From: Macrostomum lignano
Lineage: Eukaryota
NCBI GenBank assembly: GCA_002269645.1
Contig: NIVC01000953.1
Span: 124,001-188,000 of the forward strand
Direction of reading: 5' to 3'
Length of the DNA: 64,000 nt
A model generated the notes under the pieces. It searched no databases, was not told where the DNA came from, and saw only the letters and a program-made list of their open reading frames with translations. Made by a program: the position numbers and the translations under genes. Below are positions 25,201-37,074 of the stretch, piece after piece (position 1 is the first letter of the stretch; each line of letters starts with the position of its first letter).

Positions 25201-26679
25201 GTACCTTGCTCTGAGGCCAAGTAAGAACATCAAGGAACTTAGAAATTTAGAAATCTAAATAAAAATTATTTGTAATATTTTTACATTTCATATTTTAAAT
25301 TTGTTTTTCTTAGTATTTTTTTTAATCTCAAAGGTTTAAAAAAGTAATTTATTTTGAAAAAAGCTTAGTTAAAAAAATTGAAATGCAAATTAAATTGTTT
25401 TAAAAGTAAAATAAAAATTGCAATTTAAAAAATCTTAATAATATTAAAATATTAATTAACAATTTTGATAATAATCCTTCCATTATCTCTATATGATCAG
25501 GTATGCATTCTGTGCTTACAGCAGGGTGAGCATGATCCTAGTTGGTTTAAATTTAAGATAAGTGTGCTCAACTAAAGGTGACACTTAAGTTATTTAACCT
25601 TGCAAAAGACAAGTGCCTAAAAGGTTTCTCAAGCTCTTTAAGTCTGAGCCCAAGTGCACCAAAAATGGAAAGCCATTTGCTCTTGGCAATACTCTAGAAG
25701 TCATTCATACAATGCATGTCTAGCCCAATATCAAAGACAAGAAGCTGCTATTTCAAGAAAAGAGCCCTGTGAGATTTCAAGATGTGACTTAACAAATATG
25801 TCAGATGGTAATGAGACAAGCAGTAGCAGGAGTGAGAATGTTGTTATTAGCAAAAGTGATAAAGAAGAAACAAAGGATAATGACACAAGGAAATATATAG
25901 AGATAGAAAATAGGAAGCATAGCCATAGAGATGGAAGAGGCATAAGGACAAAGAGATGGAGGAGAAGAAGTGCAAGGAGATAGAGGATAGGAAGTGCCAG
26001 GATGATGAAGCAATAGAGCATATGGAGGATAAAGATTTCAATTTGTCTAATTTTTTATATGATGAGACAAACACTTGAAAATTGAAAAATAAAAAACTAG
26101 AAAATAACAGCATTGCTACTGCCAGAAGGAATGAGGAAGAAGCAAGTGATGACAGGAGGAAACACATAGAGATAGAAGATAGGAGACATAAAGAGATGGT
26201 AGAGAAGAAGCATAAGGAGATAAAAGAGAAGAAGCACAAGGAGATAGAAGAGTAAAGAAGCACAAGGGTTAAAGAAGAATCATAAAAAGATAGAGGAAAA
26301 GGGCATGGAGGTGGAGATAGAGGAGAAGAAGCATTTAGAGATAGAAGAGGAAGCACATATAGATAGAGAAGTGTAGGCCTAAGGAGATAGAGAAGAAGTG
26401 TAAGGAGATAAGTACACAAAGCAGTGATAGCAATAGCCTGATTAATGGTAGTAAGATCTTTTGCCAGAACCCAATACATGATAATAGCTATAGCATGAGC
26501 ACAAGCAATGCAAGATGTTAGGAGAGGGAATTACTGCATTATGAAAAAAGGCTACATAATGCACTACCACTTTGAGCATCTGCCTAATCAGGGTCACCAT
26601 TGCATAATGCCTCCATGACATTGCAGGATACTTCAATATATTTTTCTAGCAATTAGATGACATTGAAGCTAAGCAATAA

Positions 26680-27350
26680 GGGTGCGTTCGAGTGACTTAA
26701 AATGACTTTAACTGCCATTTTAACGTCTTTAGTAAAACAAATGTTAAGCAGACTAATTGTAAAAATAATCTAGGTAAATGATAGTCAAATTACAATTAAA
26801 AATTAATTCAATTTCTAAAACCGGTTTAAGATTAAAAAAACGTCGCCTATACTTCTTCCAACTCAACCTGAACGCCTAGGCACCTTTTTTAACTTCGCTC
26901 GCAATTACCACATTTAAAAATCGTAATTGAATATTTTGTATTCTTCACCTTTGTTCTATCATTTGCTTTCACGTCCTTTTGCTCAGTTCGCTGCCCGTCA
27001 TTATAGTCTTTGAATAATTGCTTAGTACTAATATTGTTTATTTATTAATTGTTATTACGTAGTAGTTTATTTGGACTTGGAATATAGTCACTATTTCAGC
27101 TTGGTTCTTATTCTTCAATGTGGTAATTGCGAGCGAAGTTAAAACGGTGCCTAGGCGTTCAGGTTGAGTTGGAAGAAGTATAGGCGACGTTTTTTTAATC
27201 TTAGACCGGTTTTAGAAATTGAATTAATTCTTAATTGTAATTTGACTATCATTTACCTAGATTATTTTTACATTTAGTCTGCTTAGCATTTGTTTTACTA
27301 AGGACGTTAAAATGGCAGTTAAAGTCATTTTAAGTCACTCGAACGCACCC
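26680..27350. mobile_element. PIF/Harbinger-type (Tourist-like) MITE, 671 bp
   Basis: About 235-bp terminal inverted repeats starting GGGTGCGTTCGAGTGAC, with a perfect TAA duplication at 26677-26679 and 27351-27353. Confidence 0.9.
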
Positions 27351-27376
27351 TAAGAAATCTATGAGTTGCTCTCAAA

Positions 27377-29206
27377 GGGTGCGTTCGAGTGACTTAAAAT
27401 GACTTAAACTGCCATTTTAACGTCCTTAGTAAAACAAATGTTAAGCAGACTAAATGTAAAAATAATCTAGGTAAATGATAGTCAAATTACAATTAAGAAT
27501 TAATTCAATTTCTAAAACCGGTCTAAGATTAAAAAAACGTCGCCTATACTTCTTCCAACTCAACCTGAACGCCTAGGCACCGTTTTAACTTCGCTCGCAA
27601 TTACCACATTTATCGTAATTGAATATTTTGTATTCTTCACCTTTGTTCTATCATTTGCTTTCACGTCTTTTTGCTCAGTTCGCTGCCCGTCATAATAGTC
27701 TTTGAATAATTGCTTAGTACTAATATTGTTTATTTATTAATTGTTATTACGTAGTAGTTTATTTGGACTTGGAATATAGTCACTATTTCAGCTTGGTTCT
27801 TATTCTTCAATATAGTATCTGAGTGAACTTCATGGTATAGTTTTGTCTTTCTATTTATTCTATAGTATTGTATCTATAGTATAGTATTGTATATTGTATT
27901 CTATAATATAGTATCTATAGTTTTCTATAGATAACGCGAATGCTATGAACTGAACATCACATGAACCGATGTGAGTCGAACAGTACCTTGACGTTGAAAC
28001 TCATTAGTCGCAAATGGAATGCGAGAGTCATCGATGTTGTCAAAAACATCGACAATTCGAGTTGTTGTCTCAACATCTTTCAGTGTTAGCCTCAGCAATC
28101 CATTATCTTGCGTTGCAGTTGCTGGGTGTATGCAAGCAGGATATATTCAACTACATGTACGAAGGGGCAGCATCTATATAGCAGCATCTACTCAGATAAT
28201 CTATATAGTAGTCATTTCAGAAACAAAAAGTTGCCTACCTCCGACCAAATACTGCACGGCGGTGTCGTAATTAGTCGACTCCACAAGAAGCCTACACAAT
28301 TGTCCACCATTTTCTATGAAAACATCAAATCCAGGCATTGTTATCCAGCGGTGCAGATTAACACTACTTGCAAAAAATGAGTATATGCAACAAGAGAAAC
28401 TGTAAACAAATTTACAGAGATTGGCACAAAATACAAAAAATATATGAAACTTATTGATGCAGAGGTATATTTGAAAGAAATGTTTTTTTTGGTTTATATA
28501 AGTTGACTGTGATGAATAAAGATAATAAATAAGGAGCTAATTACTATATTCAAACAAGCAAAAGAATAAAAAACAAGGTAAGTCAGTCAACTATTCATTG
28601 AGAAAAAAATAGGCCAGATAGCAATAAAATAATATGATTTAACCAAAGTGAATAATTCCTTGGTATTACAATAGCTACGGAATAAATAGAAAGACAAAAC
28701 TATAACATGAAGTTCACTCAGATACTATATTGAAGAATAAGAACCAAGCTGAAAAAGTACAAAACTCCAATAGAAAAATAATAACAGTAGCAACAATAAT
28801 AGTGACTATATTCCAAGTCCAAATAAACTACTATGTAATAACAATTAATAAATAAACAATATTAGTACTAAGCAATTATTCAAAGACTATTATGACGGGC
28901 AGCGAACTGAGCAAAAAGACGTGAAAGCAAATGATAGAACAAAGGTGAAGAATACAAAATATTCAATTACGATAAATGTGGTAATTGCGAGCGAAGTTAA
29001 AACGGTGCCTAGGCGTTCAGGTTGAGTTGGAAGAAGTATAGGCGACGTTTTTTAATCTTAGACCGGTTTTAGAAATTGAATTAATTCTTAATTGTAAATT
29101 GACTATCATTTACCTAGATTATTTTTACATTTAGTCTGCTTAACATTTGTTTTACTAAGGACGTTAAAATGGCAGTTTAAGTCATTTTAAGTCACTCGAA
29201 CGCACC
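27377..29206. mobile_element. Longer non-autonomous element of the same PIF/Harbinger family, ~1.83 kb
   Basis: Same termini as the MITE. Inverted arms ~27377-27860 and ~28680-29206 enclose a unique core. TAA follows the right end; the left flank (CAAA) is not a clean TSD. Confidence 0.85.
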
Positions 29207-29367
29207 TAAAGAAAAATTAGCGCCAGTGAAACACAACCTTTCTTTGAAAATAACATTTTGAAAATCAACAGCTATGTATAGCTGTAAAAATAAAACTGCA
29301 AAAATTATAGTTCAGGTAATTTTTATTTATTTATTTAAGTATTACTTAGTAATAAAAAACACGCACC

Positions 29368-29727
29368 GGGGTCTCCCTAAAACACGCACCGCACCGCCCC
29401 GAACCGCTACACATTATAACATTTTTTGTCAATGCAGTATTTAATTGTAAAGAAAACTATTTGTTGTACGAGTAATGGAATAAATATCTTTAATTATTAT
29501 TATAAATATTGTTACTATTTTTTATATTCTTGTTTTCATTTTTTATTAATTATTAATAATATCACTTATTATTCACCGAATTTTATATTTCATAGTAAAA
29601 AAACTTAATTTAATAAAAACTTTGAAGCTTAACAGAAAACGCATTTTGAAGTGTCTTCAGTTATAGTCCAATTTGTTTTAATGTGTAGCGCTGCAGGGCG
29701 GTGCGGGGCGTGTTTTAGGGAGACCCC
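29368..29727. mobile_element. MITE with GGGGTCTCCCTAAAACACG termini, 360 bp
   Basis: About 50-bp imperfect TIRs around an AT-rich core; no clear TSD. Confidence 0.7.
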
Positions 29728-30374
29728 AATTTCTCAATTTCTCACATTTTAGGTCTATTGACGAATTAGATGTTGACAAATTCGATGTAACCCTACTCAA
29801 GGAACTGACAAAGGCAGCGAAAGGCAAGGATGACTAGGCCTAGCTAGAAGAGCTATGCTAGTGACAGAAGATGCAGAAGAAGCAGAAAGAATTGAAGAAA
29901 ATAGATGCAGAAGAAGCAGAAAGAATTAAAGAAGATAGCAAAAGCTACCTTAAAGCAAAAGGCCATTAGACTGAACTATCTATTATTAGGGCCTAACAGT
30001 CTGCCTACAAGCATTGGCATTGCACAAAAAAGGTTTTAAGTCTTATTCTTGACTAAGTTCAAATTTGTGAATAGGACTTTAAACATGCAATATAACTACA
30101 TTTACTATAATCACCTTTAGTTTCAATCTTTGTTTTTGGCACATTAAAAGACAAAGACATTGGGCGATTTCTTAGTTTCCGGCGTTTAATTATAACCCCC
30201 ACCCCCCTCCCACCACCCTTGAATAGAGGGCAAAATAATTCCATAAAATAATTAAACGCGGGAATCTTCAGGATCGCCAGACATTGATCATAAGACAAAA
30301 GTGAGTTCAGTTTTGTCTTGCAATCACCTAGGCCTATATATAATTTTACTATTTAAATGATAATATGATAAGGT

Positions 30375-30795
30375 AACCAGTCATTTTGCCTATAAACCAT
30401 TTTGGCCATGGACATTTTGCCCCCAGACAATTTTGCCCATAGACTGTTTCGCCCACAGACCATTTTGGCCATGGACCGTTTCGCCTCCAATTTGGACCAG
30501 GGTTGAAATGAACATGTGCGCATCAATATGATTTATTATAAGCGAGGTTCAATAGTAGTAGCCACCCCACTCCAGGGCTAAAATACCAACAATCTATATA
30601 GTAATATATACTAAATAAAATTACAATTGCAAATTGAGCGTGAGCCGTGGACCATTAGCACATGTATTGCATTACTGGCTGACTGAGAAATAACACTAAT
30701 ACATGTACATTTTTGGCCAAAATGCCTGTTGCCAAACTAGTTTATGGGCAAAATGGTCTAGGGGCAAAATGTACATGGGCGAAACAACCAGAATT
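30375..30795. mobile_element. Decayed non-autonomous DNA element with inverted subterminal repeats
   Basis: Left end repeats cattttg(g/c)cc / tttcgccc; right end repeats the complement gggcaaaatg / gggcgaaac. Confidence 0.5.
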
Positions 30796-32108
30796 CTATG
30801 ACAAAAGTGATTATAAGCTATGTGTTTCTACAAGATACAAGATTTAATACTACAATAAAAATATACTTAGAGGTGGTCTTATTTTGAAGTTTGACTTTAG
30901 GAGCAATTTGAACTTAACTTTTTTATCTTCTATGGAAGATCATATAATGAAATTCCTGACTCCCATAAGGACAGTGCTATGTGATTGTAAAATGAAAGAA
31001 TGCCAAAATTTTAAAGCTATTATTTAGCTGCAAACAAACTTGTAAGAATGTTATATTTTTTGTAATATACCACTTTAGCTAATGGCCTATTTATTTACTC
31101 ATTTACATCATTTACTCTGAAATGATTTTAAGTGCCATTTTATTATCCTCAATTCTGGTTCTGGAATCGATTTCTGTGAAGAGGCTCAAAGCTTCCAACT
31201 CTAAAGTAGTTTTGGTGTAAAAATAAGACTGAAAAATTTAAACTATCAACCTTAGTTTAAACAAATCGAAAGTTCTTTAAAGACCAAGATTTATTAGGTC
31301 TACCAATAAGAATTTCTAGCTTAAGTAACAGTGCATTTATTAAGTGTATCAATACATTAATTTAATTCTTATGAAAGTGCGACTACATGTTTTTGCAATT
31401 GATAGAAAAAAATAGAAACATTTTATAAATTGCATTTGTGCAGTAGCGCTATATCATAGGATTTAGCAAAAAATGTTTAAATTGAGTCAAACCTTAATAT
31501 CCAATCTATTATCACTTAGGATTTTGTCCATGACTCCATTGTGGTCTCGTTGCACTCCATTGCAGTCCTGTTCACCTATGTTGATAGAGAAACCTTCTTA
31601 AGGCCAATTGGTGCATGCACAAAGGAAGCCTAATTGGTAGTAAAGAACATGCATGAATATTTTTGTGCATTTTCTCAAAAGCCTAACAAGGCAATACTTT
31701 TTATACATTTTGATTTTGATTTTGATTCACTTACAAGGCCCCATTTGTTCTCAACTCCTCTCTATGACTCTCCTCTGTTCTTTTTGATTTTATGTGGCCT
31801 AGGCCTTCTGTTTGGTTGGTATTGAGCCTAGGCCTATACTGAAACAAGTAAGAATTTTTTGTATTGTATTCTTCTTTCTTAGGCCCCCTCATTAGACTTC
31901 TAGATTAAAGCCTAGTTTCTACACTAGGGCCTAAGCCTACTTAGGCCTAATTTTTTATGACTTGGACCTAGCACCTAGGGCAGGGGTCTAGGCGTAGCCT
32001 ATCAATTAAGTAGGGGTAGGCCTTATACTATGATATAGTTTAATTATAGTTTAGGTCTATATTAAATAGTTTAAGCCTAGCTTTTAGCTATATAGTAGAA
32101 ATTTTATG

Positions 32109-32356
32109 GTATATGACCAAGACTGCCACACACCAAGACTGCCACACGTAGGAGCTAGGAGAGGAATTTGGCTCAATATGTTATTTAATAGTGCTAAAGA
32201 GAAAATGAGTGGATAGGGAGAGCTAGCAAAACAAGCCTGAAAGAGAAGAACCTATGACTAGGCCTAATAAGAGGAATAGCAACGATAAAAGATTGGTAGC
32301 TCCTCCTTGCTTAAACTAGTAGCCAGTAATAGCTGTGGCAGTCTTAGTCATGTGTC
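32109..32356. mobile_element. Small decayed TIR element
   Basis: Left end atgaccaagactgccacac; right end gtggcagtcttagtcatgtg (inverted, transition mismatches). Confidence 0.5.
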
Positions 32357-33899
32357 TAGAAATTTAAGCCTAGGCCTACTTATAAATTTGGTAAGCCTAT
32401 CTAGGCTAGGCCTTAGCTAATAGTTTTTAGGCTATTGACCTATTGTATCTATAATACAATGTACAACATAATAGGATTAGGCCTAGCCCATTATTATTAG
32501 CTAGTTTGATAAAATGAGGTCAAAGACTACCAACCATAGACTATGATTGCCACATTTAATTAATTTGTCAAGCTAAGAAAATAAGAATTTTGCATTTTTT
32601 ATTATTGGATTTAATTGTTCTTTATCTAAGTCTATATTAGGCCTAAATTGATTAGGCTTAAGCCTTACCTACATTAATAAATAGCAAGGGAGATTTAAAA
32701 GGTGCAAATAATTTAGATTACAAGCTATAATATAGGGGGCAGCCTTTATTATAGCCTTTCCCTTAGTGGTGTATAACTAAAATGACCATATCTCTAAATG
32801 TCTAAATAGATAGACCCTAATAATGAGCCTAGGTTTATATATTTTACTCTTTCTATTGCTATTTATAGTAATTTGTATTATTAGGTGTGATGTATATCTT
32901 CATATCTTAGGAAGATACCCTATATACAATAATGGAATCATATTATATAAACATTCCCTTTGGCTTTAGCTTTTACTATAGCCTAACTTATAGATATTTA
33001 TCTACCAAATAAAATAAGTAACCTAGTACCAAATGAAACCTTGTTTTATATTTATCCCAATTTTTGCATAGCATTACCACTAATGCCAATGGTTTATATT
33101 GATAAATTTATAGTAATATATTTGATAGATATATAATCATATACTCATAGAGCCTAATGTAGGGAATAAACTAGCATTACAAAGTCTAAAAGATTCAAGT
33201 TTTTATATTATGCAATTTATGGGTAATTAGTTTAAAATCTATTATTGTATCAATATTTATAATATTAGGAATAGTAAATGATTGTTAAGAATAATAATTG
33301 ATATAATAATAATTAAGTTGCTAATTAATAATAGAGAAAGAGAAGATATAATAAAGATTCAATTTTGTTAATAAAGAATCCTTCAGTAAAGGTTGGATGG
33401 GATTGAAATCTTTGGGTAGGATTGGGATTGGAATCTAAATCAGGTCTTTTAGTATATTATAGTTTGTAGGTCCATATAAAGTTAAACAAAATTGAGCACA
33501 AATGTCAAGATCAAAAAGTAAAATACAACAAAATCAATGCATGTTTAGATGTGTTTAGAATTTGGAAAATGTCAATCTATAAATTAGGAAAGTGGCATGA
33601 AGATGTTATTAGAATTACGTCAATAATTATAAAATAACATTGAAAAAGTGCAAAATCAACAAACTGATCAAGACAGTACCTGCTGATACTGCCACATAAT
33701 AATATACACCTAGAAACAAAAAAACTAAAATTCTCATTACTAACTTTTGATATGTTTGCATAAAACAGACTTTTATCACTTAAAAAGTATTGCTAAATTA
33801 TTATCTTGCTCATTAAGGCCCTTCAACTAAACCCTTTATACAGATTTTCAATTTTCTTTTGCCATGGTCACACTACTGTATTAAACATAATAACTAGCT

Positions 33900-34760
33900 A
33901 GTCAGATTGAAAAAGAAAAAAAAATTGCCTTCTTATCTGTGTGCATGAACCAAGCCACAATGAACTTTTCAAATTCTGCAGTGCATTGCACAGAGATGAT
34001 AGAGAAGCAGTGCATTGAGATAAAACAAAGTCAAGCAGCAGAAGCAGTTCGATGTGCACAACTATGATCTCTCATAGAATCAATCAAAAGCACTAGTAGG
34101 GTACTGTGTAAATCAAAGCACTCACATACCTCAACTAACAAAAAAATCCTCACCTAAAATTTATAAAAAGATAACAAATTAGATTATGTAAAATTATGAA
34201 TGCTGAAAGGCTTTTAGAATAATCAGAACAATAAGTGATATGTAAAAAAGAGCTTTAAACAACAACTAATCCTCTTCTGTCACTCCTAGAACATTGTCCA
34301 GAATGAACTGAAGAGCAGTTGCAAGCTTTTCTTCTGGCAATACAAACAGGAGATGTGACTGTCTCAAAGCATGATCCCTGCATAGAGTATAAATTTTTTG
34401 ATAATTGAAATTTTCCTAAATTGTAACTTAGTTATCTTAAGTCATTAACTTATAACATTCTATTTGCAAACAACGTGAGGTAGACTGTGTGAATGTACCT
34501 TTGATAGGCACTTCTCACACACTTGGAGTAGGTTACACTTTTCGTAGCAAAAATTATCCTTAACATCATGGCATACTGAATAGACACCATTGCTGATAAA
34601 GAAGGAAGCAAAGCCATCAGCTAGTCAATCAACAAGGCAACTCCATTCTTCCTCCTCCATTTCATGTTGAATGTCATATAGACTTCGAGCATGGTATAAA
34701 ATATCTACCTCGACACTTTTCACAATCTCTTGCCCAGAAAGGTCATTGACTAAATTAGCT
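33900..34760 (-). pseudogene. Decayed coding fragments, possibly the accessory ORF of a CACTA-like element
   Basis: Minus-strand fragments HARSLYDIQHEMEEEEWSCLVD*LADGFASFF and EFEKFIVAWFMHTDKK, interrupted by stops and AT-rich gaps. Confidence 0.3.
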
Positions 34761-37074
34761 TTAGAGAAAGCATATCTAAAAAATATAAAAATGTGCTTAA
34801 ATTTATAACCTAATAAAGATAAACAACTAAAAAAAGTATTTGACCTTTAGGTCAATTTAAAATGCATTGTTGAGCCTATTTAGGCTGTCCAAGCATACAT
34901 AATAAACATTGTGCATGTTTACAGAAGCCTTATTGGTGGCTATTGTGCATGTACAATTGAGTCTAAGAGTTGTCAACAGGGCTGTTCCATTGCAGTACAT
35001 TTACACAGACTGTTACTGAAGTGGCTGTTACCAAAATGGCTGTTACTGAAGTGGATGTATTCAATTATATTCAATAATATTGCTTTAAAAGGGAGACTAT
35101 ATTAAATTTATGCATTCTTCATTTTCACCTGATGCCACACATGTTTTAGAATCAGATAATTACATTAAAATGTTTGATGTGACACTTTAAATTACATTAG
35201 AAGTATAGCCATAATTTGGACCATTTTTACCAGAAAATATACTCAGCCATCCTAAATGAATTATCTACATATAAAATTAACTATATATTAACTATATTAA
35301 GTAAATTAACTAATATTCATATAAAGTTTTGTTTGTATCTAAAACTTGTAAAATCTAAAATCCAAAATATGTTGTTGGATTGTCTTTTGCCAATTTGACT
35401 TAATTGTTGCAAGATTGTCTGTTGCTAGATTGTCTTGTTGCTGGATTGACTAGAAGCTGGGAGCCTCCTATTGTGGAAGGAGTTTCTAATAATAGTAAAT
35501 TATGATAACTGTTTTTCAAATATTTACCTTTTTAAATCTCTCTTTTTATCATCCCAATGGCCAATATTTTCATTCTTTAGTTTATCTTTATTTTTTTCTC
35601 ATTTTGACTGCTCTGCACTGTTTTATTTTTTGCACCTTTTTATAGTGCTCCAATTAAATGTAAAGGATTTTTATTCCTGGCAAACATCAATCTTGAACAA
35701 TAAATAGTTGCATAAGAGCCTATCTAAAGGCTCAGTCTTAGCTGAGCTATGAAGTGCAGGGCTTGGCCTATTATTTTCTAAGCCCCTACTTATCAAGAAA
35801 AAGAATAATTTTATAACTTGCCCCTTTCTTTCGATGCACAAGCGCAAAGAACTGAGAATTTCAACAAAGTTCAATTTCAACACAAGTAACTTCTATTTAC
35901 TAACAAGAAAGTGCTTGTGCATCAAAAGAAAGGGGCAAAGGCTGAAAATTGTCTATGGCAATCATCAACCAATGAAAAGGCACGGGGGGGAACCGGATGC
36001 AAAAGAGTCAAAAACGAAAATAGCCAGAGCCAGAATAGCAATCCATTCTATTCATTCATCCATGGTCCAAATCCTAAGACAATTTTTTTGCAAGTGTTGT
36101 AAAATGAACATAATTATGCCCACAACAAGTTTATTATATTGCACTAATTTCCATTAATTGCCTCATGTCACATGGTATCTTTTTAAACCCGGCATCAAAG
36201 ATTTATATGTAAATTTATTCCAATTTAAATTTTGATATTTGATTTGCTTTTTTTACTACTAATTAGTATTTTTATACTACTTACCTAAATATGCCACAAG
36301 ATAATGCTTGCTTCTATTTGCTCTATAGAGCAAATAGATCATAATCTCTATAACAATCAAAATTGAAGCCAAAAATGTTTACTGCATAGGCCTATCTAGG
36401 TAAAAAATCTGTAGGTTTTGAAAGTTTATATATTGGCTTATATAAAAGCAAAGTCCTTAACTAAAGATCGCAAAATCCTAGTTTTTTATAAACCCAGGAT
36501 CCCGTGACTTAATCCCAGAATTTGACCAATCCCGGGATTAGAAAAATACTGATTTTTAAGCTTTTGGGTTGAAATTTAAAGGCAAAATTAATTTAAATTA
36601 CAGCAACTTATTTTGCATGCATTCTTAAATCTAAAATCATGCTTAAATAGAAACTTGTTGTTGTTAATAGACTAGCTAGTTAGGATAGAAGTAATCAAAA
36701 ATATTAGAGTCTCAAAATTAAAGTTATCTTTTAAGTCGCTAATAGAAATTTTCCTAATTGAAATCTACTAATAAGAAATTTGCTAGCCAAAATCTGCTAG
36801 CAGGCACTACATTGAATAGACAGACATGTTATAAATATTTCGCTGTTTCATCTATGAAATTTTGTTGCTCTTTGTATTGCCATGCAATGTGTGTCTGCTA
36901 GAGACCCTTTGGTTGTGCTTTACTGAGACACTGCATCATTAAAACAGACTAACTTTTTAAACAAGGGCCATTTCAAGCTAATAAATTGAAATAAATATTG
37001 TAAAAATGTATACAATGCTTTCATTGTGAACTTGCAGCTTAAATAATCTCTTAGCTTCCAATATTCAAATAAAA

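Noticed and set aside
25731-26479. Hydrophobic minus-strand ORFs resembling membrane proteins
   Set aside because: Antisense reading of a purine-rich low-complexity strand.
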